DNA of 38,438 nucleotides. Source: Opitutales bacterium (GTDB taxonomy: Bacteria > Verrucomicrobiota > Verrucomicrobiia > Opitutales > Opitutaceae). The translations under genes were made by a program, and so were the position numbers. A model generated the notes under the pieces. It worked only from the letters and a program-made list of their open reading frames with translations, had not been told where the DNA came from and ran no database searches. Positions 17,089 to 26,104 of this stretch are shown one piece after another. How positions within the stretch are numbered: position 1 is the stretch's first letter; each line of letters opens with the position of its first letter. Location of the stretch: NCBI GenBank assembly GCA_021772595.1, contig JAJFLS010000378.1, positions 1 to 38,438 on the forward strand, read 5' to 3'.

Positions 17089-20000
17089 ATGCCTCCAAAA
17101 CTTGAAAGCAGATTATCTTTGTTCCACCCGACGGTTCAATCCTGGTTTGAACGGAAATTTGGAGTGCCGACTGATATTCAGGAGAAGGCCTGGGAATTGA
17201 TCGCAGCCGGGGACCACGCGCTCATGTCGGCCGCGACGGGGAGCGGAAAAACCTTGGCGGCGTTCCTTTGGGCGCTCAATCAGCTGGCCTCGAAGGAATG
17301 GGAATTGGGGCAAACGCGGGTGGTCTACATCTCGCCGCTGAAGGCGTTGAACAATGATATTCGCCGCAATTTGCTGGAACCGTTAGCGGAGTTGCAAACC
17401 GCGTTCGAGAAGGAAGGGATCGCTTGGCCGGAAATCCGTGTGATGACGCGAAGCGGGGACACGGCCCAGAACGATCGTCGCAAGATGCTTCGAAAGCCGC
17501 CGGAGATTCTGATCACGACGCCGGAGAGCTTGAATCTCATGCTCACGTCGCGAGACGGGCAGCGTGCGTTGCTCGGAGTGAAGTCTGTCATCTTAGACGA
17601 AATCCATTCGGTGGTGGGAAGCAAGCGCGGCGTCTATCTGATGACGGCGATTGAGCGGCTGGCCAACATGAGCGGCGAGTTCCAGCGCATCGCTTTGTCG
17701 GCGACGGTGCGGCCGATGGAGACGGTGGCGGCGTTCGTGGGTGGGTTTTCGATTGAGGATAACGGCTTTGTTCCTCGTCTCGTCAAATGCGCGAACGCGT
17801 CGCAGAAAAAGGAATACGTGATCGATGCGCGTTTTCCACAAGAGGCGAATGAGGATCTGCCGGACGACGATTTCTGGCATCCGATCGTTCAGGACCTGAA
17901 GAAGATCGTGGCTGCGAATCGGTCGACTTTGATTTTCGTTAATAGTCGGCAGTTATGCGAAAAAATCACTCACAAGATAAACCTCGATGAAGCGGTTCCT
18001 GTCGCCTATTCGCATCATGGCTCGCTTTCGAAGGAAATACGCTACGCGGTCGAGCAACGTCTGAAGAATGGGGAACTGAAGGCGATTGTCGCCACGAGTT
18101 CGTTGGAAATGGGCATCGATGTGGGCGCATTGGATCGAGTCGTTTTGGTCCAGTGCCCGGGTGTCGTGTCTTCGGCGATTCAAAAAGTCGGGCGAGCGGG
18201 CCATCAGGTGGGAGTGGCCAGCGAAGCGACATTGTTTCCTTCGCATTCGCGCGACTTCCTGGAGGCGGCTGTGCTTATGAAGGCGATTCAAGAGCGCGAT
18301 ATCGAGCCGGTGAAACCGGTTGATTGCCCGCTGGATGTGCTGGCCCAGATAATCGTCTCCATCGTCGGGTCGCAGCCTTCGGATATTGACGCGCTCTTCC
18401 GTTTGATCAAATCGAGCTATCCTTATCGCGACCTTCAGCGAGAGCCCTTCGATCTAGTGCTGAACATGCTGGCGGGAAGGTACGAGGCCAGTCGCTTGCG
18501 GGAGCTGAAACCGCGCATATCGATCAACCGTACCGAGAATTCCGTTACGATTCGAAAAGGGGCATTGCTGGCTTACTATTTTTCGGGGGGCGTGATTCCG
18601 GATCGCGGCTATTTTCATCTTCGCCTCGAAGGTCCGGGCTCGCGGATTGGCGAGCTTGACGAGGAATTCGTTTGGGAGCGGAGCATTGGCGACACATTTA
18701 CGCTCGGCGCCCAAAGCTGGCGGATCGAGCGAATTACCTACAACGATGTCTTCGTGACTCCGAGCGCGGGCGCGGGTCCGATGCCGCCGTTTTGGAAGGC
18801 GGAGGAATTCAATCGCGATTTTCATTACTCCACGAAAATCGGCGAGTTTCTCCAGTGGGCGGACGAGCGGATGGAGAACGAGGATTTTGTGGAAACGCTT
18901 CAAGCGGAATGCGCATTCAGCGAAATCACAGCGAAGACCTTAGCTAGCTATTTGCGTAGTCAAAAAACGGCGACGCGGCAGTCATTGCCGCATCGGAATC
19001 AAATTCTTGCCGAGCTTGTCAATGCGGCTCCTGGCGGCGCTCCGGGTCAGCAACTGATCTTGCATACGCATTGGGGCGGGCGAGTGAATCGGCCTTTCGC
19101 CCTGGCTTTGGACGCGGCCTGGGACGAGCGGTTTGGGCATCGGGCCGAGGTTTATGTGAACAACGATTGCGTGGTGGTAACGGTTTCGGAGGATGTGCCG
19201 ATCGACGAGGTACTTCGATTGGTTACGAGTTCGAATGTCGAGGCGATGTTGAGGAAGCGGCTCGAAGGGTCGGGCTTTTTCGGGGCTCGCTTTCGCGAAG
19301 CGGCGGGAACGGCGCTTCTAATCACGCGGCAAAAGGCGGGCCAGCGATTGCCGCTGTGGCTGAGCAGAATGCGGTCTAAAAAGCTTCTCGAATCGGTTCG
19401 GCGCTACGAGGATTTTCCAATGATGCTAGAAGCGTGGCGGACTTGTTTGAAGGACGAGTTCGACATGGAATCCTTGCGGCAGGTTTTGGCGGAACTCGAG
19501 CAGGGGGTGATTGATGTTTCGTTTACCAAGGTTTCGGTGGCGAGTCCTTTTGCCCGGTCGGTCGCGTGGCGTCAGATAAACGACCAGTACATGTACGACT
19601 CGGATGATCCACGAGGGAGCGAACAGTCGAAGTTGCGCGAGGATCTTATCCAGTCGGTCGCGTTCGATGACGCGTTGCGCCCGACTGTGTCGAGAAAGAT
19701 AATACAGGAGTACGAGGCGAAGCGACAGCGACTTGCGCCTGGGTACGCTCCCAGCGACGAGATCGAGTTGAAGGAGTGGTTGCGCGATCGGATCGCGTTG
19801 CGAGTGGAGGAGTGGGAGGCTCTGTTGGAGAGGGTAGGGACGGACTACCAGGCCGTCCGCGATGAGGGTGGATGGCCAGACCGTCCGTCCCTACCTGTTG
19901 AGAGGGCGGACGGTCGCGTTTTTCTGGAGGAGGAGTCTGGGCGTGTGAAGGCTCTGTTTTCGCCGGAGCCGGACGCAGAGCTTTTTGTCGAATGGCTGTC

Positions 20001-21474
20001 GTATTACGGTCCGGTGTCGGTTGAACGCTTGCAAGATTCGTTCCCGGCACAGCCACAGAATTTGGATACGCTTGTGGGCGCGTTGGTTGATGATCGGCGA
20101 TTGGTTCTCGGCAGACTGGTCGAGGATTCCGACAAGATATTCGTCTGCGAGTACGAGAATTTTGAATCCTTGTTGCGCATGCAGCGGGCTCGAAACCGTC
20201 CGACATTCGATCCGCTGCCGATCGAATCTCTGGGGCGTTTCCTCGCGGAGCGTCAGGGGGTTATTAATTCAGGCGAGAACGAGATCGGCGTTTCGGAATC
20301 GCTAGAGAGATTGACGGGCTACGGGGAGCGAGCGGCCTTGTGGGAAGAGGATTTTCTTCCATCTCGAATCGCTCACTATCGGACGTCGTCGATGGATAGT
20401 TGCATGGTCGAGGAAGAAATCGAATGGTTGGGTGTTGGTGAAGGGCGAATCGCGTTTGGCTATAGCGATGAGCGGGATCTCGTGCGTGCTGAACAGAAAG
20501 AAGGTTTGAGCAGCGAGGAGCGGATAGTCTTTGAGATATTGGCGTCATCTTCCGGAGGTCGCTTCGCATTCCATGCGTTAGTGAAGGAGTCGGAGCTGGA
20601 TGTGAGCGAGTTGGAGGCGGCGCTTTGGTCGCTGGTTTGGAAGGGGAAGGCGAGCAATGATTCGTTTGCGTCGGTCCGTCGCGGCGCCTTGACGAATTTT
20701 TCAATTGCTCAAGCCACGCAATCGCAAAACCGGAGACGTGAAGCTGTGTCTGTGGCGCGAGCGCGTATTGGAAGGCGGACACGTATATTGTCAGCCGCGA
20801 ATACCATTGTGTATCCAGGGAGTTGGTATGCGTTTCCGGAAGAGGTATTGGACGACGATGTCATAGCGTCGCTTGAGCGTCAGAAAGAACGCGTCCGGAT
20901 TTTGCTAGATCGTTACGGCGTGGTTTTTCGAGAATTGCTGAAGCGGGAGTTGCCCGAGTTTCAATGGAAGAGCGTATTCAAAGCCTTGAGGCTGATGGAG
21001 CTTTCGGGAGAGATTTTATCAGGAGTTTTCTTCGAAGGGATACCTGGATTGCAATTCGCGTCCCACGACGCTTTTCGGAGGTTGAGGAGCGAGATAAAGG
21101 GACAGCCGATATATTGGCTCAATGCGGCCGATCCTGCTTCGCTCTGCGGTATTGGTTTGGAGGAGCTGAAAGGGAAGCTGCCGAAACGTCTCGCATCGAC
21201 GCGGCTGGTCTATCGTGGCAGCTCACTTGTAGCCGAGGTGCTTAGGAACGGGAAGGCGCTTGTGTTTCACGTTTCGCCGGAAGATGAGGACATGCCGCGT
21301 TTAGTGGAAGCGTTGCGTCACATGCTGACTCGTTCTTTCAATCCTGTGGGGACGATCCACCTTGAAACGATCAACGATGAAGATGCACGAAGCAGTCTGT
21401 ATCTGGGTTCGCTGGATGGCTGTTTCCGGCTGCACAGCGATCACAAACGCGTTGTGGTCGAAGGGGTGAGGTAA
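17089..21474 (+). CDS. lhr: Lhr large SF2 helicase, full length with C-terminal winged-helix/AlkZ-like domain, about 1461 aa
   Basis: ATGSGKT, YISPLKAL, ITTPESL, DEIH, LSAT, HHGSLS, ATSSLEMGID, GRAGH, IGELDEEF, LLDRYGVVFRE, AADPA; start taken at ATG 17089. Confidence 0.93.
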   Translation: MPPKLESRLSLFHPTVQSWFERKFGVPTDIQEKAWELIAAGDHALMSAATGSGKTLAAFLWALNQLASKEWELGQTRVVYISPLKALNNDIRRNLLEPLAELQTAFEKEGIAWPEIRVMTRSGDTAQNDRRKMLRKPPEILITTPESLNLMLTSRDGQRALLGVKSVILDEIHSVVGSKRGVYLMTAIERLANMSGEFQRIALSATVRPMETVAAFVGGFSIEDNGFVPRLVKCANASQKKEYVIDARFPQEANEDLPDDDFWHPIVQDLKKIVAANRSTLIFVNSRQLCEKITHKINLDEAVPVAYSHHGSLSKEIRYAVEQRLKNGELKAIVATSSLEMGIDVGALDRVVLVQCPGVVSSAIQKVGRAGHQVGVASEATLFPSHSRDFLEAAVLMKAIQERDIEPVKPVDCPLDVLAQIIVSIVGSQPSDIDALFRLIKSSYPYRDLQREPFDLVLNMLAGRYEASRLRELKPRISINRTENSVTIRKGALLAYYFSGGVIPDRGYFHLRLEGPGSRIGELDEEFVWERSIGDTFTLGAQSWRIERITYNDVFVTPSAGAGPMPPFWKAEEFNRDFHYSTKIGEFLQWADERMENEDFVETLQAECAFSEITAKTLASYLRSQKTATRQSLPHRNQILAELVNAAPGGAPGQQLILHTHWGGRVNRPFALALDAAWDERFGHRAEVYVNNDCVVVTVSEDVPIDEVLRLVTSSNVEAMLRKRLEGSGFFGARFREAAGTALLITRQKAGQRLPLWLSRMRSKKLLESVRRYEDFPMMLEAWRTCLKDEFDMESLRQVLAELEQGVIDVSFTKVSVASPFARSVAWRQINDQYMYDSDDPRGSEQSKLREDLIQSVAFDDALRPTVSRKIIQEYEAKRQRLAPGYAPSDEIELKEWLRDRIALRVEEWEALLERVGTDYQAVRDEGGWPDRPSLPVERADGRVFLEEESGRVKALFSPEPDAELFVEWLSYYGPVSVERLQDSFPAQPQNLDTLVGALVDDRRLVLGRLVEDSDKIFVCEYENFESLLRMQRARNRPTFDPLPIESLGRFLAERQGVINSGENEIGVSESLERLTGYGERAALWEEDFLPSRIAHYRTSSMDSCMVEEEIEWLGVGEGRIAFGYSDERDLVRAEQKEGLSSEERIVFEILASSSGGRFAFHALVKESELDVSELEAALWSLVWKGKASNDSFASVRRGALTNFSIAQATQSQNRRREAVSVARARIGRRTRILSAANTIVYPGSWYAFPEEVLDDDVIASLERQKERVRILLDRYGVVFRELLKRELPEFQWKSVFKALRLMELSGEILSGVFFEGIPGLQFASHDAFRRLRSEIKGQPIYWLNAADPASLCGIGLEELKGKLPKRLASTRLVYRGSSLVAEVLRNGKALVFHVSPEDEDMPRLVEALRHMLTRSFNPVGTIHLETINDEDARSSLYLGSLDGCFRLHSDHKRVVVEGVR

Positions 21475-21531
21475 GGGCCCGATCCCGCAGGCGTGCTTCT
21501 CAACTTGAGTGGAAATCTAGGATTCGTCGAG

Positions 21532-21686
21532 TGTAGGAGCCTGCTTGCAGGCGATTCTTCCTTGGGCAATCGGCGACGGAAATCGCCTGCAAGCAGGCTC
21601 CTACAATTTGGTAATCGTGGGAATTCAGAATGTCACAGACATTCCGCTACGGGAGTTGCGGCTGCTTAGCGATTAGCAGCCCTACC
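21532..21686. repeat. Mosaic REP cluster: family A doublet (21532-21605), family D solo (21626-21650), family C solo (21659-21686)
   Basis: tgtaggagcctgcttgcaggcgat...atcgcctgcaagcaggctcctaca; cagaatgtcacagacattccgctac; cggctgcttagcgattagcagccctacc. Confidence 0.85.
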
Positions 21687-21687
21687 T

Positions 21688-22386
21688 TTAAGCTGCCTGG
21701 CGATTTCGTATCGCTATGAAAATGGAGAGGGCGAAGATGATCGAGTGCGTGACGTTCATCGCTGCAGGCAATAGCCAGACGCCAATTGCTGGGGAGATCT
21801 TGAAGTAGATCAGAAAAATAGTGCCTAGCAGAAGGATTGGGCTGAATATTGCCATCCAGCGTGGGTATAGGCTTTTGCCTCGGGCGATCAGAGCGATCCA
21901 GATTGCGGATACGACTAGCATCGCGAAGCGCAGCGCATTTATTAACGGTTCGTTGTGCTCGGCGAAGCTCGTCAATAGAGCCTGAAGGCTTGCTGCGAAT
22001 TCGGGCGAATCGGTTTCGGCGATGGCATGAGCGGTGAGCGCGAGATAGATGCGTCCGCCTAGCCATGCGGTGCCGACTACGAACGAATAGCCGCCGATCA
22101 AGGTAATCGCCCAGCCCGCTTTCTTGCTTCCGCCGCGTGCGAACATTTGGCCTATATGCCAGTACCCGACCAGATAAAGCGGCGCGGCGAGAACGCTGAA
22201 GAAATGCCCCGCGGTCAGTCGCGCATGGGAGATGCGGGCGAAGTAGTTGTAGTCAATAGCGTCGTATCCACCTTCTTGAGAAAACTGCAATGTGAATTCG
22301 CCGACTCCTACCAGCAATGCGCCGGCGAGTCCCGCCCAACCAGCGAGTATGAGAAGTCGATCGCAGGATGCTTTATTGTTTTCCAT
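21688..22386 (-). CDS. Uncharacterised multi-pass membrane protein (DUF6796-like)
   Basis: About six hydrophobic segments; 18 nt downstream of the FG-GAP gene, so probably co-transcribed. The family name is from recollection only. Confidence 0.7.
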   Translation of the reverse strand: MENNKASCDRLLILAGWAGLAGALLVGVGEFTLQFSQEGGYDAIDYNYFARISHARLTAGHFFSVLAAPLYLVGYWHIGQMFARGGSKKAGWAITLIGGYSFVVGTAWLGGRIYLALTAHAIAETDSPEFAASLQALLTSFAEHNEPLINALRFAMLVVSAIWIALIARGKSLYPRWMAIFSPILLLGTIFLIYFKISPAIGVWLLPAAMNVTHSIIFALSIFIAIRNRQAA

Positions 22387-22404
22387 TTTTTTGGTTGGGC
22401 TGAA

Positions 22405-24021
22405 TTACTGACCTGCGTTCGCGATAATGAGAGTATCGACGTCCGGTTGGTCAAAGGTTTTGACGCTGCCGTTCTGAAATTTTATCGTGACCTTCTTGAC
22501 TGAATCTTCATCTCCCAATCCGAAAAAGAGTTCGTTGCCCTGGTCGGATCCTAAGCCTTCGCTGGTGAAGAACTGGTTTACGTATCGTTTGCCGCTGGCG
22601 GTTTCCAATTCGGCGATCGCGCCGATGGACGCGGGGGCATCCGGCAGGCGCACTTTTAGCCAATGGTTAGATCCGCCTTCGTTTATGAATGCGCGGGCTT
22701 CGCTGTCGAGATTGCCCAAGACCACGTCTGGCCAACCGTCTTGGTTGAAATCGGTAACGACCATGTTTACACCGAACTTCTTGTTGGCGATGCCAGCCTT
22801 CTCTTCGACAGGCTTGAATTTGCCGTCGGGATATTGCTGTAGAAGGCGTCCCGCGTATAGGTCGAACAATCCGGGAATTTGTACGCCAGGAAATCTAATA
22901 TAGTTCTGGGAAATAAGATAGTCGGCGAGCGTGTCGTTGTTGAAGTCGTAGGATACTAGTCCCCAGCCGAAACCGAACACGGCTGCGTCGTGTTCTTTTG
23001 CGACATCCTTGAATACGAAGTCTCCTTGGTTTTCGAGCAGGATATAATCCATATTCAAAACCTGATCTTCTCTCAAGTCTCCAGCCAGAAGGCTGCGGGG
23101 AAGCGTGTTGCCGACATTGCTGAAATATAAGTCCAATCGGCCGTCGTTGTTGTAGTCGCTGACAGCGATGCCCATTGGATAACTGTAGGTTACGGGCAAC
23201 TCCATGTCGGTGAAAGTCATGTCGCCATTGTTTCTATACACAGTGGGAACGCCGGTATCGTGGGCGACCACGAGGTCGCTATGTCCGTCGTCGTTGAGAT
23301 CCACGAAAATGGAGAGAAAGCTATTGTGCTTATGATATACGCCGGCACTTTTCGTGATGTCGGTGAAGGTGTTGTCGCCGTTGTTCAATAGGAGATTATT
23401 GATGCCGCCGTAGTCGAGATCGTTGAAGATGGTTTCGCCTTCGACGAATTCGATTCTGATGTAGTTGGATAGATATAGATCGACGGCGCCGTCGTTGTTG
23501 ATGTCGCCAATCGCGACCGAGAGAGGCAGCGATTTTCTGTCTAGCGGAAAGTCGATCTTTCGTCCGCTGAAGCCCTTGCCGGTGTTTTCGTAGAAGTATA
23601 ATCCCGAGGACCGGGTCACGAAAAGATCGGCTAATCCGTCACTGGTCGCGTCGATCGAAGCCGCGCCGTATGTGGGGTCGTCATTGTCTTTTGTGATTCC
23701 ACCGCCATACGCGCTGGTCTTGAGGCTAGTCCCGTTATAGGCAAGCAATGCATCTTGCTGTCCGATACCGCCTCCGGCGAAAATCTCGTGGACACCGTCA
23801 TTATCTATATCGATGGCGGATAGAGCCATGAACGGTAGTGCGGCTACGAAGTCGGAGGTATGTTTAAAGTCGCTAGGGATTTCATTGAATCGAAGCTCGG
23901 TCTCACCCTGCTTTAGTGCCTTGCCTTGAACGACGCGTTCGACGCCTTTTTTGAATACAAATAGAAATGCTAAGATTCCAACGAAGATTAGAAGTCCGCA
24001 GCTGAGAAATATTTTTTTCAT
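22405..24021 (-). CDS. CRTAC1/ASPIC-UnbV family FG-GAP repeat beta-propeller protein with an N-terminal membrane anchor, 538 aa
   Basis: Repeated DxNNDGxxD Ca-binding motifs (DIDNDG, DINNDGAVD, DLNDDGHSD, DYNNDGRLD, DFNNDT, DFNQDGWPD); C-terminal NHWLKVRL...IGA...LFFGLG UnbV domain; start ATG 24021. Confidence 0.88.
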   Translation of the reverse strand: MKKIFLSCGLLIFVGILAFLFVFKKGVERVVQGKALKQGETELRFNEIPSDFKHTSDFVAALPFMALSAIDIDNDGVHEIFAGGGIGQQDALLAYNGTSLKTSAYGGGITKDNDDPTYGAASIDATSDGLADLFVTRSSGLYFYENTGKGFSGRKIDFPLDRKSLPLSVAIGDINNDGAVDLYLSNYIRIEFVEGETIFNDLDYGGINNLLLNNGDNTFTDITKSAGVYHKHNSFLSIFVDLNDDGHSDLVVAHDTGVPTVYRNNGDMTFTDMELPVTYSYPMGIAVSDYNNDGRLDLYFSNVGNTLPRSLLAGDLREDQVLNMDYILLENQGDFVFKDVAKEHDAAVFGFGWGLVSYDFNNDTLADYLISQNYIRFPGVQIPGLFDLYAGRLLQQYPDGKFKPVEEKAGIANKKFGVNMVVTDFNQDGWPDVVLGNLDSEARAFINEGGSNHWLKVRLPDAPASIGAIAELETASGKRYVNQFFTSEGLGSDQGNELFFGLGDEDSVKKVTIKFQNGSVKTFDQPDVDTLIIANAGQ

Positions 24022-24241
24022 ACAGTAATTTTGTCTAGGTATTGCACGCGCTTTGCGAGGCCGACAATGCGACAACCGAAAGGTTGAGAGCTTCGAGGTA
24101 TTGAGTGGTAGAAGCGCGTGCGTTAAGAGGGTTTATGTGTGGTGAGGATTTGAGGAGCAAAAGAACAGAATACGCTCGATTGTGTCGATAACGTTCCCGG
24201 TTTCAGCTTGATTTCAAGAATATTTCAGGTTCGCGGATTCG

Positions 24242-24459
24242 GTAGCTCGGAGTTTCCGCCTGAGCAACATAAGGCTGAAGAGGGCGTCCAATAATTAGTG
24301 TAGGAGCGGGTTTACCCCGCGATATAGCAGGCCTGCACAAGATAGGGTCGGAGGAATCGCGGGATAAACCCGCTCCTACAATTAACTAAACGATAATTAT
24401 GGACTTATTGGAAAGTCTTTAAGGCAGGTTGCGATGCTCAGGCTGAAGCTCTGAGCTAC
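24242..24459. repeat. Nested REP structure: outer GTAGCTC-family doublet enclosing an insert that carries a GTAGGAGCGGG-family doublet
   Basis: Outer arms 24242-24265 and 24436-24459; inner doublet 24299-24380; TAAGGC direct repeats at 24270-24275 and 24420-24425. Confidence 0.8.
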
Positions 24460-24472
24460 TGACGGCTATGGG

Positions 24473-25351
24473 CTAGAGCGTACCCAGATGTTGGATGCTT
24501 TGCTGGATGCTCTTGATTGGATGGGGCGATTGATCTTGTTCCACGTGGCAATGGGCGACGCCCGCTTTCTGGGCAGCCTGGATGATTGGCTCCATGGGGA
24601 TCATGCCATCGCCGAGCTCTTGGAACGCGTCGTTGGGCACTTTGCCGAAATCCGGTAGGGACATCCCTTTTTTGAGATCCTTGAGGTGAAGCTGGGAAAC
24701 GCGGCCTTTGAGCTTCTTGATGATATTCACGGGATCCTCTCCTCCGACGACGACCCAGAAGACGTCTACTTCAAATTTCATCTCTGGAGCGAATTCGCTC
24801 ATCAGCACCTGGTAGCCGGTCTTCCCGCCTTCCTTCGGCTGGAACTCGAACGCGTGGTTGTGATAGGCTAGCTGGATGCCGGCTTCCTGCGCTTTGACGG
24901 CGGCTCGGTTGCAGTTCTCGGCGAGGCGTTTGTAGTCGTCGAGAGTCTCGCGATTGGGTTCGTGAATATAGGGGACGACGAGGTGCGTGAGGCCCGTCTT
25001 CTTGGCCGCCTCGAGGATTTCACCGAAAGGCCTAACTCCGTCTTTGGTTGGATTGGTGACGGATTCCCAGTCGAAATGGGTGGAATTGACGGCCATGCCG
25101 TGGTCTTTGGCCGCTTGGATCATCGGGCCCGCATTGGGGAAACCGTAGGGCTCGACCTGCTTGTAGCCGGCTTCGGCCACGGCTTTGATGGTGCCGACGG
25201 TGTCTTTAACCAGTTCGTTGCGGAGTGTGTAGAGCTGGATGCCGATCTCCTTGCGATAGCGATTGTTCTTGCCCAGCGCCATGGCTTGGAAAGCGGCGGT
25301 TGAGGCGAGTGAAGAGGCGAGGGCGGTTCTTAGGAATTGGCGTCGTTTCAT
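24473..25351 (-). CDS. Tat-exported sugar-phosphate isomerase/epimerase-family TIM-barrel protein (AP endonuclease 2/xylose isomerase-like)
   Basis: Twin-arginine signal MKRRQFL; GIQLYTLR, YHNHAFEF, FEVDVFW, LHLKD, HVEQD. Confidence 0.9.
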   Translation of the reverse strand: MKRRQFLRTALASSLASTAAFQAMALGKNNRYRKEIGIQLYTLRNELVKDTVGTIKAVAEAGYKQVEPYGFPNAGPMIQAAKDHGMAVNSTHFDWESVTNPTKDGVRPFGEILEAAKKTGLTHLVVPYIHEPNRETLDDYKRLAENCNRAAVKAQEAGIQLAYHNHAFEFQPKEGGKTGYQVLMSEFAPEMKFEVDVFWVVVGGEDPVNIIKKLKGRVSQLHLKDLKKGMSLPDFGKVPNDAFQELGDGMIPMEPIIQAAQKAGVAHCHVEQDQSPHPIKSIQQSIQHLGTL

Positions 25352-25464
25352 AGCTAATAGGGTGGAATGAGAGGCGATTCTTCAACGAAGCGATGCGAAG
25401 GCAAGGTCTTAAGCTATCCCACTCTTACACGGCCGATCCAAATTCTGATTTCAATTTTTGAATT

Positions 25465-25501
25465 TTCTTTTAGTGTGTTTTCGCGATTCGTTCGTCGCAG
25501 G
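25465..25501 (+). promoter_or_regulatory. Putative ECF-sigma autoregulatory promoter (copy 1)
   Basis: TTCTTTTAGTGT-N16-CGTCGCAGG; the same motif and spacing occur at 27477-27513. Confidence 0.7.
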
Positions 25502-25561
25502 TTTAATGGTAAAGTCTCTTTCTCATTTCGATCGCCGATTTCTTCGCAACGTTTAATCCCT

Positions 25562-26104
25562 ATGCCCCCAGAATGCTCAGATCAGTCCCGATGGTTTTCG
25601 GAACACCTCCAGCCGCATGAGGCGATGCTACGGGGCTGGTTGCAAAGCCGTTTCCCCACGGAGTGCGATATCGACGACGTTTTGCAGGAGTCGTATCTCA
25701 GAGTACTGAAAGCAAAGGAACGGGATGAGGTGCAGTCACCCAAGGCGTTTCTGTTCGCAACGGCCCGTAACTTGGCAGTCGACCGCGTGCGGAGGCTGAA
25801 CATCATTCGCGCGGAATCTTTAATGGAAAACGACGCCTTGTCCGTCTTAGATGAAGGCGAGGACATTTCCGAGACGGTCTCTCGCAATCAGGAATTAGAA
25901 ATTTTGACCGAAGCAATACAGGCTCTCCCAGATCGCTGCCGTAGAATATTCACGCTGCGGAAGGTCTACGGTATGTCGCAAAGCGACATTGCCCGGAAGA
26001 TGGGAGTTTCGGTCTACACGGTGTCGGCTCAACTGACAATAGGGGTGCGCAAATGCACGGATTTTATGGAGTCGCGTTGCGATAGAGGGAAACGAATTTC
26101 ATGA
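25562..26104 (+). CDS. FecI-like ECF sigma factor, 180 aa
   Basis: DDVLQESYLR...SPKAFLFATARNLAVD...ALPDRCRRIFTLRKVYGMSQSDIA; ATGA overlap with fecR; start ATG 25562. Confidence 0.92.
   Translation: MPPECSDQSRWFSEHLQPHEAMLRGWLQSRFPTECDIDDVLQESYLRVLKAKERDEVQSPKAFLFATARNLAVDRVRRLNIIRAESLMENDALSVLDEGEDISETVSRNQELEILTEAIQALPDRCRRIFTLRKVYGMSQSDIARKMGVSVYTVSAQLTIGVRKCTDFMESRCDRGKRIS

Noticed and set aside
21263-21278. TGTTTCACGT half-match to parS
   Set aside because: The right half (TTCGCC) does not complete the palindrome, and it lies within lhr coding sequence.
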